Of a DNA stretch of 64,000 nt, positions 23,647 to 37,200 are shown piece by piece. Location of the stretch: contig CP075492.1 in the NCBI GenBank assembly GCA_021613535.1, forward strand, positions 17,794,001 through 17,858,000, given 5' to 3'. Under the pieces are notes generated by a model. The model was not told the origin of the DNA. It saw only the letters and a program-made list of their open reading frames with translations, and did not search any database. Source of the DNA: Adineta vaga (lineage: Eukaryota > Animalia > Rotifera). Position numbers and translations under genes: made by a program. Numbering within the stretch: position 1 is the first letter of the stretch; each line of letters begins with the position of its first letter.

Positions 23647-25348
23647 TTATGTTGATTTTTTATCATTTTGATTGAAGTACAATTTGAAACATTCATGTCC
23701 TTAAAAGTCAAACACAATGAAATACATAAAATGTAAATCTAACTTAAAGAATTACCTTTGACTGAGAGTTTTGTCAAGTCCAATTTACTCACATGGTTTT
23801 CGAAAAGATCAATTTGTGCTTTATGATCAAGATCTTTGTGACAGTTTATAAACCAGTCGAAACCGAGTTCATGTTCAATTGAATTGGTTTGTTCATTTGA
23901 TATTAACATGTTCCATAACTTTTCACAACATTTATGTATCAAATATAAATGACCCTTTTTCAGTATAATTGAAAGCAAATTCAGATGAATTCGAATTGCC
24001 TCTTCATATGTTTCTCGTCCATGAATTAACATGACATATTTTATATGACTCTCTATCTTATTATGAATACCTAATTGATAAAAGGAAATATTTTCAATTA
24101 ATATATCGATAAGATTGTTCTTGTCCACGTGTAATGAAATTATATCTAAATTACTGCGTTCGCCTGCATCTGTGTGAGCTGAACCGAGAATTTTGATAAG
24201 ATATAGAATCGTTGGAATAATCCATCCTTGTTTTTGTTGAAGATGAACAAGACATTTGAGACAATACTCACGTTTTAGTCCATCACGTGGTAAAAGTCCT
24301 TGATTGAATATACGATAGTGATAGTTGAAAATACATTGTAGTATTCCTTCACTAATTCGATCATCATGTGCTAAATTCCATAAAATTTCTAAGACCTTAC
24401 ATATATGTAACTTTAGATCATTCGTATTTAGTTTAGAAAGAATAAACATACTCGTGCAGTCAAGTTATGATGACAATGCTGACCAATAGTACCGAGCAAT
24501 GCAATATATTTCAGTTGCATTGTTACTCCTTCAATATAACAATCCCATAGCTGCATTTTACAAATAAAAATAAATGATTTCTTTCTGATATAATGCTACT
24601 CACTTCCTCAACCAAATCGATTATATAGTTGTACTGCTCCAAGGTAAGATTTGATAATGTAGATTCAATAAACTTCAATAAATTGTCGACAGTTACTGAT
24701 GATAGTTTTCGCTAATAAAAATAGAATTATTAATTCATTGATATTTAACGACAAAACTCATGATTTCATACTGCTAAATCATGTATTGCTTACCTTAAAA
24801 TTAGGTTTATTTAATACAACTGTTGTTGTTTCTTGTTTGATTTTGATCATCTGAATGGGCATCATTTCCTCATCATTCAATAATCGAATTGTCATTGTTG
24901 TATTCAACTGTTGACGCATGTTTTCTAGTGTTTTCGTCCATTTAATAATATTAACTTCAGAAATAAAATGATCTGATTTTTGACTTGATCGAATTTCATC
25001 AATAATCTTTACACATGACATCTGCATTGTATCTTTTAAATCCTCAATTTGCTTTTCAACATCCCTACGAGCTTTATCTGCAACTGTTCGAATCTTTATA
25101 ATCGATTCGTTTTCCCATTGATCAATTTCAGCGAAAAGAGAATGATGCGTAGAAAGTTTATTCAAATCTTCTCGAAGTAAATCATGTTCTTGTGCAACTA
25201 TATCCATTTGAAGAGAAAGTTCAGATTTATGTTCTTCAATATGTTTCCAACAAAATGATTTGCGACAACCATGACACATAAATAAACCAACATTTGAAAC
25301 TTCACATTTTATACACGAATTATTCTCTTTCGTATTGTTAGTAGTCAT
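23647..25348 (-). CDS. B-box/coiled-coil protein spliced to a USP9/USP24-like helical region, no catalytic USP domain (~5 exons)
   Basis: CIKC..CHGCRKSFCWKH plus coiled coil. GT-AG-linked exons continue to VLEILWNLAH..CEKLWNML..GFDWF. Stop at 23647. Confidence 0.6.
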
Positions 25349-25727
25349 GTTGAATAATCAATCGTTTACACTTTACTTGTCTTACAGTATATATTGTTGA
25401 AAAACGAAAAAAACTATCATTATTGTGATAAAAATAAGTAATTTGGTTTTTTCCGACTGTACAGATATAAAAATTTTCTCCATTATGTAATTTCATCATA
25501 AAATGTGTGGAGGATACAAATTAACGTTATATACCCTGACATCTATTTCGTTACCTTTGGTATATTTAAATATGTAAAAAGGAAGAAAACAATCGTTCTT
25601 TTACTTATGTTTTAAACGAAAATAAATCGTTCATGCTCTGAACTTAGGACACTGGCGTCCAAAGGACAGTTATTCACATATTCGACAATGAATATCCATG
25701 TTTTTGAAGGTGCCTATTTATATTAGA

Positions 25728-25790
25728 AGGTGAGGGTGAGTGTGGGTGTGGATGAAGGAGATCTTCCCACACCCACACCCACACCCTCAT
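25728..25790. repeat. Telomere-like palindrome P13
   Basis: TGAGGGTGAGTGTGGGTGTGG ... CCCACACCCACACCCACACCCTCA. Confidence 0.9.
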
Positions 25791-27867
25791 CATATGTACG
25801 TTCATTGGACGATGGTTTTAATAGCATTATATTATACTTTTTGGAAAAAAGAATATTCATCGGTAATGAATATTCTCTACACAAGAGAGCTGCTCTTCCT
25901 GACATTGTTATTGCTTGGTCATGCTGTTTCATTTTATGATATATTCGACTAATATTCATCATTTGTCGAATCATTTTGCTTATCTCTGTTGCATGATTGA
26001 ATGCATTTTGATAATTTTCTAATGCCATTGAATACTCACCAATAATTTCATAAACTTCAGCAATTGATTGATAAGTTTTGAAAACAGTAAAATGCTTTGC
26101 ATCTCTAGATACTTTTAAAATTTCGATTGTTTCAATATAACATTCTAATGCTTTCGAATAATTCATTGTACTTTTCTGCAAATATCCGATATTGAGATAT
26201 GTTATTGCTATGTGATAATGTTTTTTTGGTAAAAATTTTAGCTGAATTTCCAATGTTTTTGATAAATAATAACGTGCTGCGCGGTACTGCTTTAACGATA
26301 GATAAGCAAATCCAAGACTATTATAAACATTTGTCAATTTAATTTCATCGCCAAGCCATGTATTTATCCATTTATAATCTTTCTGAGAACATAAATCCTT
26401 CAATATCACACGCAGATTATTCCCTACGATTTGCATTTGTTCGATACTTTTGTAAGACACATATATTGCAGCATGTCAGTCTTCTTTACCAAGATATACT
26501 AGTCCAAGGTTATAGTAAAATCGAGCTAAATCCATTTTGTACAAGAGTGATTCACCGAAGCCTTTCGCAAAAATTAATCGAGACGATTTCTGAATACATG
26601 CTAGAGCATTGTCATGTTGTCCGAGTTCTTTGTATATCAAAGAGATTGTTTCGAAATAGTCCATCAACTGTTCAACATCGTTTTCAAATTTTGTTATTGA
26701 CCACTGACCGTAATGAAGCGCTGCACTATATTCTCCTGATCTATATAAAACACCGAATAGACTTGATTTAGCCGTTTCATGTCTTATATGTTGTAATAAG
26801 TCTTTTATCTGATCTGTTTCTGTTTCTGAAATTAATTCAACAATCCAGATTCTAAACTCTGAGTCAAATTGTATATTTTGTATACGAAAAACAAAACCCA
26901 TAGAAAGTAAAACTTCAGCCTCATCCATAGAACTAAAAGCATCAATCTTTGCAAACGGTTTTTGTCGAATATTTGTATCGAGTTTCATGTCAAATAGAAC
27001 AGGAATGATGCCTGGTAGGTCTACATATGGAGCAGCAAATCCGAAAGCAACAGATCTGTCTCGACTCGTTGACAGGAAACTTTTGATAGTGATCAAATTA
27101 CCAATATTGTTTCTTAATTTATTAAATTCATTTGTAGACATACATTGTCCTCTATAAACAGGCATGATCTTATTCTCATTACCGAATTGTTCTTCACACA
27201 AATGTCTTAAATGACAATGTAAATGACAAATGAAGAAACGATAATGAAGAATTTCTTCAATACTATTCGTACGCAAAGCTTCGTTGATGTATCGATAAAC
27301 AAACGTATCCGTCGTATACCATTGAAAAAGATTGTTTCCTTTGTAATTATCGTAGAATTCATTTATTTTATTTAATGTTGAAATATTTCCCTTGCATTCT
27401 AAACGACATTTATCTAACATAACTTCTTTTTCGATATTAAACCATTTTATCGATTTTGATGTCTGTTCTCCATTATGCTCCATGGCTTCAATCAATGCAT
27501 GAAACCTTATAAATTCAGCACTTTGTGCAGTAGACGAGAAGAAATTGAAGTTTAAAAAACTTTCACAAGTCATACGAATATCAATACGTAATTCACGTAT
27601 TAGTTGGTCAAATGTATCAAAAATCTTTGTAAATATTTGACTATTTTTTAAAGTAACATGATGAATATTAACAAAATAAATAATTGTACATTTATTTGGT
27701 AGTTCTTCGGTCAGATTCAATATATTTTCGTTCGAGATAATTAAGAAAAGCTTTTCATCGTTTTTAATCGAATTGATCAGTGCGATGCATTGTGTTGCAT
27801 CATTAACTAAGCGTACGCTATCAAATGCTTGAAGTAATTGTTTAACTGTATTTGCTTCATTGTCATT

Positions 27868-29413
27868 CCCACGGAAAAATTTTTCGATCAAAACCGTGGT
27901 TTATCGTGGTGTAAGAAAACTTTAATGTTAACGGTTTAAATGCACCGCGAAAGTCAGACCTTTTATTAGGTTTTTTCACACCGTCCGGAACCGCGGTATT
28001 TTCAAACCGCGGTTATTAACGGTTTCAAAAGAAAAATAATTCACCATCTCGATGGTATTTTATTTCTGACATCTACCTTGTTATCATTGACTTTCTACGT
28101 TCGCAACCTACCTACTATCTTAATACGGTCATTTAACACCTCGGTCAACTCATTAAATACCACTATCTATTTTTTATTTATTTTCTTCTGATTAGATTCG
28201 AACTTCTTACCTTGTGATTGTAGTCCACTAATTCCATTGAACCATCTGGTGATGTTCATACTAATATTAAATATGATAGTCTATCTGATCAGTGATGAAA
28301 AATCTTTTCATTTAGACTAATATGTTCCATTTACTAGTAGATTTATAAAAATCTTAGAATTAATAGTAATTCATACTATCTCTATAATTTTATCGAACTT
28401 TCTGAGATGTTCTTGTTTATTAAAAAAAACTATGTAATTAAATTAAAAACTCTTATCGTTTATACTAATAATTGTTACCTTATGGATAAATAATCTATTT
28501 TAATAAATAGTAACTATAGTAAACTATAGGTTCACTAGAATTTGCAGTTGATAAACCGCGGTATTGTGCTGTTACGAAAAGTCTAACTGTATTAAAAGTG
28601 CTATTTTATTACAATTTAGAATAAATGTAAATCTATACTGCTAAACATATATGATAAGTATTCGATAAATATATCTGAATTTTTATCAATTGAAAAGATA
28701 GATTTGTACAAAATTTACATCTGAATCTCTAGTATTTTGTGAGTATCATTATAAATAGTTATCTTTGCAAAATCTGACTGATAATTATAATACATATATT
28801 TAAAGCTATTTTCTTTTTATTACATATAATATTAGATTAAATTGGTGTTTATTTAAATTTTTATAAAAGTCTTAAATATCTTCCTCATAGTTCGACCTAC
28901 ATAATTAATAATTTTTTTTTAAGTGACTATTTTTATAATTTGTTTCATTTCACAGGTAAAAGAAAACTAAATTTAATTTTAATTAGAATTTTTTCTCTCA
29001 AGCTATCAGTTGATGTATCGAAATTATTGTCATATATTATAATCATAAAAATAATGTAAAAAATTCTATCTATATACGAAGACTACGTTATTTCGAATAA
29101 CAATATCTTTTGAGAAAATCCGAAGAGCGCAGTTTATAATAAGAAGTTTGCAAAATATAAAACTATGAAAGATGGTGCTTCTTGAACACCGCAATTAATA
29201 TATATCTCATCGAGCTTTTTTGAAACCGCGATTTTCAACGGTAACGAAGTTGCGGTTTCTTTCAAACGTAGCGCGGTAAATCTATATTGCGGTGCAACAT
29301 ACCGCGGTCAACCACGGTCTATTTCGGACACCGCGGTCTTCAATGATATAACCGCTGTCAGTACGAGAAAACCGCGTCTAACAGCGGTATCTCTTTAAAA
29401 ATTTCTCCGTGGG
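27868..29413. mobile_element. Non-autonomous CMC/CACTA-like element inserted in an ART-TPR exon
   Basis: TT|CCCACGGAAAAATTTTT ... AAAAATTTCTCCGTGGG|TT with a 2-bp TSD and many ACCGCG(G) subterminal repeats. Excision restores LNIVWFVD-N-DNEANT. Confidence 0.9.
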
Positions 29414-32400
29414 TTGTCAACAAACCAGACAATATTAAGTTCTTCTTTCGTTTTTAAAACATCACAAGAATCAATATTTGATATTGTAGGCACTAAAAAA
29501 TATATCTGAACTATAAAAATCTATATTTTAATCTCATCTCATCAAGTATGTAAATTACCTTCAACATTTGATTTTTCATTATTATTTCCTTTACTAACAT
29601 CCAAAGTGCGACTGATGGTATCGATATTCTTCTGTCGAATTAATTCTTCGAAACTTTTAAGTTGTAATTTTAACCATTCGTCAACGTGATTAATTATTTG
29701 CTCGATGTCAGAATCACTCAGTGAATCTTTCTTCATATAGAACAATTGGAAGTTTTCTCGTTTTGATGTTGGAAATAAATTAATATCAGTTAATGTAGGA
29801 GAAAGTATAAAAGCGATAGTTCGACTTATTTGACTATCATTTTCATCTAGTAATTGAATATGTTGATAAAGCTCCGAAAGATTGTTGAAAGTTTTACAAC
29901 TAATAGAATATTTGTCTTTTGAACATGTGCGTAATCGGCCCATCAATGAAATGTCTTGATTGATATGACTATTAAGTGTAAGAAAATAAACATAATTGTT
30001 GAACAGTTATTCATCATAGATACATATGTGCACTGGTACATTTATATCATATCGTGATAACAAACCATAATCAAAGTCAAATTTTTCTTCTAGTGTTGGC
30101 TTATCAAATTTGAAATGAATGATATGATTAATTTGTTCATATATTTGAATAAATGTCATTTCTTGTCCATTTATTAAAATATCTTCTAGAATTTCAATCG
30201 CAAAATCATCCTTGTCACAAACTTTTTCTCGATAGAATTTAATCAAAATTTTCATTTGTTTTAATGCTTTATCATAATCATGAAGATAATAATATGAAAA
30301 AGTTAAAAGTTTATAAATCTGACCTTGATTCGGTATTTCTCCAAACTTTTTATCTTTTGTATTAATCAGTGCTTGTTCCAAATAATTGATAGTTTTTGTA
30401 TACATTTTCTTACGTAGGCAAACAATACCTATTGATTTATATATAAAACCTAGCTTTGGATGGTCATTGGACGCCCATTTTTTATAAATTGAAAGTGCTT
30501 GATTTAAATAGACTAATGCTAAATTATACTGCTCCAAATCTATGAAGATAACACCTTGAACATTATATGATTCTGCTAACAGAATATGATCCACTGAACG
30601 AATAGTTCTTTGTATTTGTATAGCTTTCTTAATGTTTATATTGGCAAACTGCAGATATTTTTTTTCCATTCCTGAAGTATATTCCCTTTGTTTATAATGT
30701 AAATAATAATAATCTATTGCTAACAAATCCGATGTTGATTCAATATATTTTGAACGTATATTAATTGCCATCTTTCGACTATTGATTGCATAGAAAAGCT
30801 GTCTATCCTGCAGATGTTGTCGAGAAATTACACTGTAAAGTTCAGCAACCATTTTATGATCAAATCTCATTGATCGATAGTAATATTTTACCAATAATTG
30901 CATAAGATTTTCATGTGTCATTTTACTATCATCGAGGATCTTTTGAATAAAAGGTACGAATCTAGTTTCAGGAGTATTGAAATGAACAACGACATTTTGA
31001 AGATAGCGGCTTTCTAATCTTTTCAATCTATGTTCGATACATACAATATTTTCTCCGTGTTTTTCAATTATGATGCTGTATTCAGAAATTTGTAACTGAT
31101 TTATAAGGATTTTGCGATAATACTCGTAACACATCGATGCACTCATATATCTACGCATCATTTCATGAACATAACCAATACTAAGGAAACTCTTTGGAGA
31201 ATAGCAATCAAAATCAATGCTTATTTTCTTTCTATTTTCGATCTTCTCATAATAAACAAGTGCTTTATCCAGTGAATTTTGTTGACAATATATATCTCCA
31301 AGTGTTAAATATAAAGGAATAATAATACCATCAATATTCTCAACGTTTCGAAGTATTTTGTATGTATTTAAAGCTAACCAGATAATCGTTAATGAAGCTG
31401 ATGGATCGTCAATATATGCATGTAAAATAGCATCGGCAAGTAGTTGTAAAAGAGCCAGATAACGATAACTAATTGTCGAAAAGAGTTTCAATTGTTCAAA
31501 AAGGAAATCAGTTGCTAATTGATATTCTTTGAGTGCATTCAATGTTACACCAAATATGTACGCATCTGTAACATATTTTTTCTCGATAAAAAAGTTTAAA
31601 TAATTTTGTGTGTCCCAATCATCTTGAGAATAAAGTGTTAAGTTGAGATGACAAAGTTTATTTATTACATCGTAATTCATTGATTGAATTAAGAAAATAG
31701 CACATGGTACAATTACTATGGATCCATTTGCATTGTTTATATAAGGCTTTGTTTTTAATTTTGGTATCAATCGTAATCTCGATTAGGAATAGTTTCATAT
31801 CATCCATAGTATTTATATCATTCAAAATTATATTCTTATCTACATTTAATAATAAGAATTTGTTTATTACTAATTTTTTATTAAGATTTCCATCCAAGAG
31901 TCCAAATTGAACGTCGGAAATATGTTCAATATAATATGCCGTTAAACTGAAATTTTCTGTAGAAATATCTTCATTATTCCTAAAATTTCTTTGTAAATTC
32001 CATTTTTTATCTATGTCTGAATACAGTTGACGAATGATATAGCGATTATCTAAAATAATCTTGAAATCTTCGCTTGCCAAAATTTTATTAACTACATTAA
32101 TGCTAGATGTTGTATCCAGATGCTGTACAAATGCATCTTTATTTGTTTCATATAAACACATTAACTGAATCCATGTACATAAAGCGTCGTTTTTATCAAT
32201 AGTTTTTGCTATCAATGGTTGTAAATTGAACGGTGGAACCAAGAAACTTAGTTGCCAAATATCTATAATACTTGTATGAGTTTCTTGTGTAGATGATAGA
32301 AGGTGAAAAACCATGTCGATATATCAAATAATAGAATATATTCCAAGATAATAGTGTGTAAGTTCCCTAAAAAACGAAATTTCAATTATTTTTTCTCTAA

Positions 32401-32525
32401 TATATATTATCATAAAGATGCGATATGAAATCTTCCAAAATTTCGTTGAAGAATAGTTTGATATAGGTTCAGTTGAATATGAAATTTTCAGAAATTTCTG
32501 CTTTTGTAAGTATCCATATATGTCT

Positions 32526-32577
32526 TTGAGGGTGTGGGTATGGGGGTGTTGGATAAATGTAGTACCGACACCCAAGA
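32526..32577. repeat. Telomere-like palindrome P14
   Basis: TTGAGGGTGTGGGTATGGGGGTGT ... ACCGACACCCAAGA. Confidence 0.85.
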
Positions 32578-32817
32578 TGCGTATTTTCTTCTTTAAAAGT
32601 GAAAACATTTTTTTTTGTTGAGGATGAAGGTAACAAATGTACGGATCGATTTCGCCTCATCCTATACAAACTTTTTCACGCTATTAGAGAATAATTAACA
32701 AATAGTAATATTTCCTAAATATAACATATAAGAAACATAATTCAGAATTAAATGGCGATTTTATGAAAAAGAAGTTGAAATAAAAGAAGTAATTTAATAT
32801 TTCACTAAATCTTTATT

Positions 32818-33468
32818 TTATCTAGATTTTCTTATTGATCTCAAACTTTTTAATGATTGAGAAATATTATGATCTCTAGCTATCAATGCTAATATATAGA
32901 TGGCATCAGGTATTTGTTTAGAAAATATTTCTAAATCATATTTGTTTCTCCAAATAAATGATATCCAACGTCGATGAAATTGTGCCAATAGAGTTTCTTG
33001 ATTTTGATAATAAAATGTTGTTGTTAATGAAAAAACTTTCGTTTCCATAACAATCGTTTTTCCATTCCATTCAATAGTATAATGATCACCAAAGAATTGA
33101 AAATGTTTTCGAATTCGTCCATGTAACCATTCATTTGATGAAGAATCAAATATTGAAATATTTGCATTATATAACAAAGCAAGCCATCGCATATGAAGTT
33201 TTCCGATTACTTTATTTGATGGATGTTCAACTAGTTCACTGATTTGCCAAAGAGCATATTGAGATTCAATTCGATAGTGTAATTGTTGTTCATTAGAATC
33301 ATAAATAGAAAATTGACCAGCTTTCAATACAGTGAACCAATCTTTGGTAATTACATAGTTTCCAGTGACATTCCTAGATTGACCAAATCTAATAAAGAAG
33401 ATTAAAAGAAATAGAACGCAGAAGGATGCTTGAATGAATATTGTGCGTGGAGTTTGTCTATAACACAT
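32818..33468 (-). CDS. LURP-one/tubby-C/scramblase-like protein with N-terminal hydrophobic segment
   Basis: FSIYDSNEQQLHYRI, IRKHFQFFGDHYTI, LAQFHRRWISF.WRNKYDLEI; intronless. Confidence 0.65.
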   Translation of the reverse strand: MCYRQTPRTIFIQASFCVLFLLIFFIRFGQSRNVTGNYVITKDWFTVLKAGQFSIYDSNEQQLHYRIESQYALWQISELVEHPSNKVIGKLHMRWLALLYNANISIFDSSSNEWLHGRIRKHFQFFGDHYTIEWNGKTIVMETKVFSLTTTFYYQNQETLLAQFHRRWISFIWRNKYDLEIFSKQIPDAIYILALIARDHNISQSLKSLRSIRKSR

Positions 33469-33724
33469 TATATTATTCTTAAAAAATAGAATCGATTGTA
33501 AATAGCGAACGTATTTACTTTTATGTGTCAGCACATCACTGATTATTCATTCATGACGACATGTTTAAAAGGCAACATCGTTGGTTACTCATTCTACTGC
33601 TTAGTCACATGTGGTTGTTGATCGTAAGAAAAAAAATACTTTATTCTTCTATGACACACCAATAAAATAGGTGAAATATTTAACATAAAGCGACAAAAAA
33701 GAATCAGGTAATGGTTTGGATAAA

Positions 33725-34213
33725 ATGATGGCATTTGAGATATGCTTATTTGTTTCGTTAAAACTAGAGCATTTACCAGATGAATTGCATATTATTCTAT
33801 TAAAATATCTCAGCTTCTACGATCGTTACCTCAGTTTTTTTGGGGATCAATCGTCGATTTGATTTACTCGTTAAACATTTAACACCGACCAAAATTGACA
33901 ATGCACACATTAAACAAAGGATTCAACGTGTTTGCGTTCATCATCTTGTTGATTTACACTTATTTTTCTCTGCTCAATTAGACACGGAAAAATGTTGAAT
34001 TATGTTGACGAAGGGATTATACGAGCAGCACAAAAAATTTGGACCGAATTATCAGAACGCAATCTTATCAAACATTGTTTTTATTTTGAACGAACAGAGA
34101 GTGTGAAGGTAATAGTATCATATTTACACATCAGTCGCATCATCATCATCACTTTCACTGCCATCTTGATTAATTTTTTATTTTTCGATCAATTAGTAAA
34201 AAAGTATGGATAG
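33725..34213 (+). pseudogene. F-box protein remnant
   Basis: KLEHLPDELHILLLKYLSFYDRYLSFF, then a frameshift to GINRRFDLLV. Confidence 0.55.
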
Positions 34214-34260
34214 AAAATTAATATTTGTTAGATTTTTTTCTAGAAAAAATAAAAATGAGT

Positions 34261-37200
34261 TTAAATTTGATCATTAATTAAATTTTGTTCAATATTCTGA
34301 ATTTTTTCTCTAAGTTGTTGTAATTCTTCTTCGGAATCCAATGGATTTTGTTCATAAATAGATACTACTTGTTTATAATAACTTAATGCTAAAATTTGAT
34401 TATTAAAATGTTCATAACATTGACCAATAATGAATAAAATTCTTTTAATATCATCTGAATTTGGTAGAGAAATTTGTTCAAATATTGATAAAGATTTGAA
34501 TGCATATGAAAGACAAAGATCATATCGATTCGTAAATTGTGTCATTAAAATACACAGAGTAAGTGTTGTTAGCAATTCTATATGTTCATAAGAAAGATTT
34601 GCTTCTTGAATTCTTAAACATTTTGTCAAATATTCCATACCATTTTCATTATTTGATTGTTGAAAATATGATATGGCCATATTTTTAAATGCACATGAAA
34701 TATTTAAATATTCATCGGGATAATATTTTTCAATAATATTTAGATATTTTTCATAATAATCAATTGCTTGTTGTGAATTATTTTGTTCATAAAATATATC
34801 AGCAATATATTTCAATTTATTTGCAATATTTTTATAATCAATTGAATTATATTTTTGATAAATTTCAAGTGATTGTTGAAAGAAATCAGCAGCATCATCA
34901 TATTTTTGTTGAGCTTTTGAAATTTCACCTAAGAAATTAAGATAAATAATAATTGGATTATAAATTGAAGGAAAAACATATTGTCGAATATTTAATGCAT
35001 CTTCTTGATATTCAAATGCTTCATCATATTTTTCTTGTTGATAATAAATATAAGCAATACTATGAAGAATATTCGAAATAAATATTTGATAATATGGAAG
35101 AGTTATTCGATAAATTGTTAATGATTGTTGATAATAATCTATTGCTTCTTCATATTTTTTTTCAACATATTTCATCATACCAATACCAACTAATGCATCA
35201 GCAATATGAACATCATCAGTTCCATAAAATTTCTCTTGAATATGAATTATTTTTTTATAATACTCAAAAGCTTGATCATATTTTGTTAATTTAACTGAAA
35301 CATAAGCAATTCTATTAAGCGTCATTGTATGTTGAATTGTATCTGAATGATAATAATTATTTTGCATAGTTAATGCTTGTTGATATATATCAAGAGCTTC
35401 TTCATATTGTTCTTTTTCTTTTGAAATATTACCAATATTAACAAGAGTTTCAGCAATTTGATTATAATAAGATGGATAATCTGTTTCTAACATTTTCATA
35501 GCTTGTTGATGACAAACAAGAGCTTGATCATAATTTCTCTTTCTATTTAAAAATATTGTACCACTATGATTTAATAGAGTAATTATATGAATATGATTAG
35601 AAGAATATATTTGTTTTTGTATTTGTAATACTTGTTGAAATAAATCTAAACTTTCATCATAATTTTCTTGTTGTTGTTTGATAAGCCCATAATTACTTAA
35701 ACTAACAGCAATATCAATATGATCAAATGGATAATATTTCTTTTGTATTGTCCATGCTTGTTGAATAAAACGAAATGATTCATCAAACATTTGTCGATGG
35801 CAAAGAATATTACTTAAATCATTAAGTATCAAAGCTATGTTTACATGACCTAATGGATAAAATTCTTCATAAATTTCTAAAGCTTGACAAATATAATCAA
35901 ATGCTTTATCAAGTTTATTTTCTCGAAGGTAAGTTTCACCAATTTTCCATAAAATTTTACCAATATTAATATGTTTATTTGAATTATAATATTTTTTTCG
36001 AATTGTTAATACTTTTCCCAAATAATCTATTGATATATTATATTTTTGCCTTTCTGCTTGAATAAGACCAAGATTTTCAAAACTAGAAGCAATAGAAATA
36101 TGATCATGTGGATAATATTTCTCTTGTATTGTTAATGATCTTTGTTGATAATCAAATGATTCTTCATATTTTCCATCTAAATATAATAATTCAGCAGTAC
36201 TCGACAAAATTATAGCTGAATCTTTGATTCCAATGCGTTCATTATGAATGATTCGATCATAATATATTCGTGCTTCATTCCATTTTCCTTTCCATTGAAG
36301 ACAATAACCAATATGATATTCAATCCATAATAAATCTTCCTTATTATTCAAATCATTTAATAAATATTGAAAATAAATTTGTGATTGATTCCATTGACAC
36401 ATTTCACAAATAAATCTTCCCAATAGAATTGGTAAACTAAAATCTTCATAAATATTATCAAGATATCTTTCAATAATCATTTCTCCATCTTTAACAGAAA
36501 TAATTCTTATTATCCATTGCCCATCATCATTTTCTTGAATATTTTCTATAGAAAATGTTGTATTAAAATCAAAGAGAATTTCATTTGTATCAATAAAAAT
36601 AATATGATTATCATTTGTATTACATTCGATTTCAAATACAATGGAATTATCTGATGAAATTAATGATTGAGAACGATAAGCTAAAATGAAATTTTTTATT
36701 GATAAAAATTGTTTTTGATTATTTTGAAATTGTTTAAATTCATTAATTGATAATTTTATTGGATAATAAACAATTATTTGTTCAGGAATAAAATCGTTCA
36801 GATTTTTATTAATTAAATTTTTGAGAAAACTTCTTAATAAATAAAGTTGTTCGATATCTTCTGTTTGTAATGCTTGAGTTATGATTTGTCTTAAAAATGA
36901 ATATTTGAAATATAAATCAATAGATTGACATTGCTTTTCAATATCATTTTGATAATAAAAACGACAAATTTCAATCAGTTGTTTTTCATTTTGTTCATTG
37001 TCTGGTAAATATAAAAGAACTTTATGTAAAAGTTGTAACCATAAAAAATGACTTTGATTAGAAAAACATAAACGAGAAAATCTTTGATCATAGAAATAAA
37101 ATTGTTCTTCAATTGATGAATATAATAAATGAAATTCTGAATAAATTCCAATAAGTTTTATATGTTCAAATCGATAATCAATTGAAGAATTAAAAATAAA

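Larger units (their letters stand above)
25723..32314 (-). pseudogene. Large tandem (degenerate ART-TPR)-(ART-TPR) gene, disrupted
   Basis: Five track ORFs join up: frameshift at ~31755, in-frame TAA at 30007-30009, intron 29493-29558, TE insertion 27868-29413, in-frame TGA at 26476-26478. The second ART has VYRGQ/FLSTS/EAEVL. The 3' end reads into palindrome P13. Confidence 0.75.
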
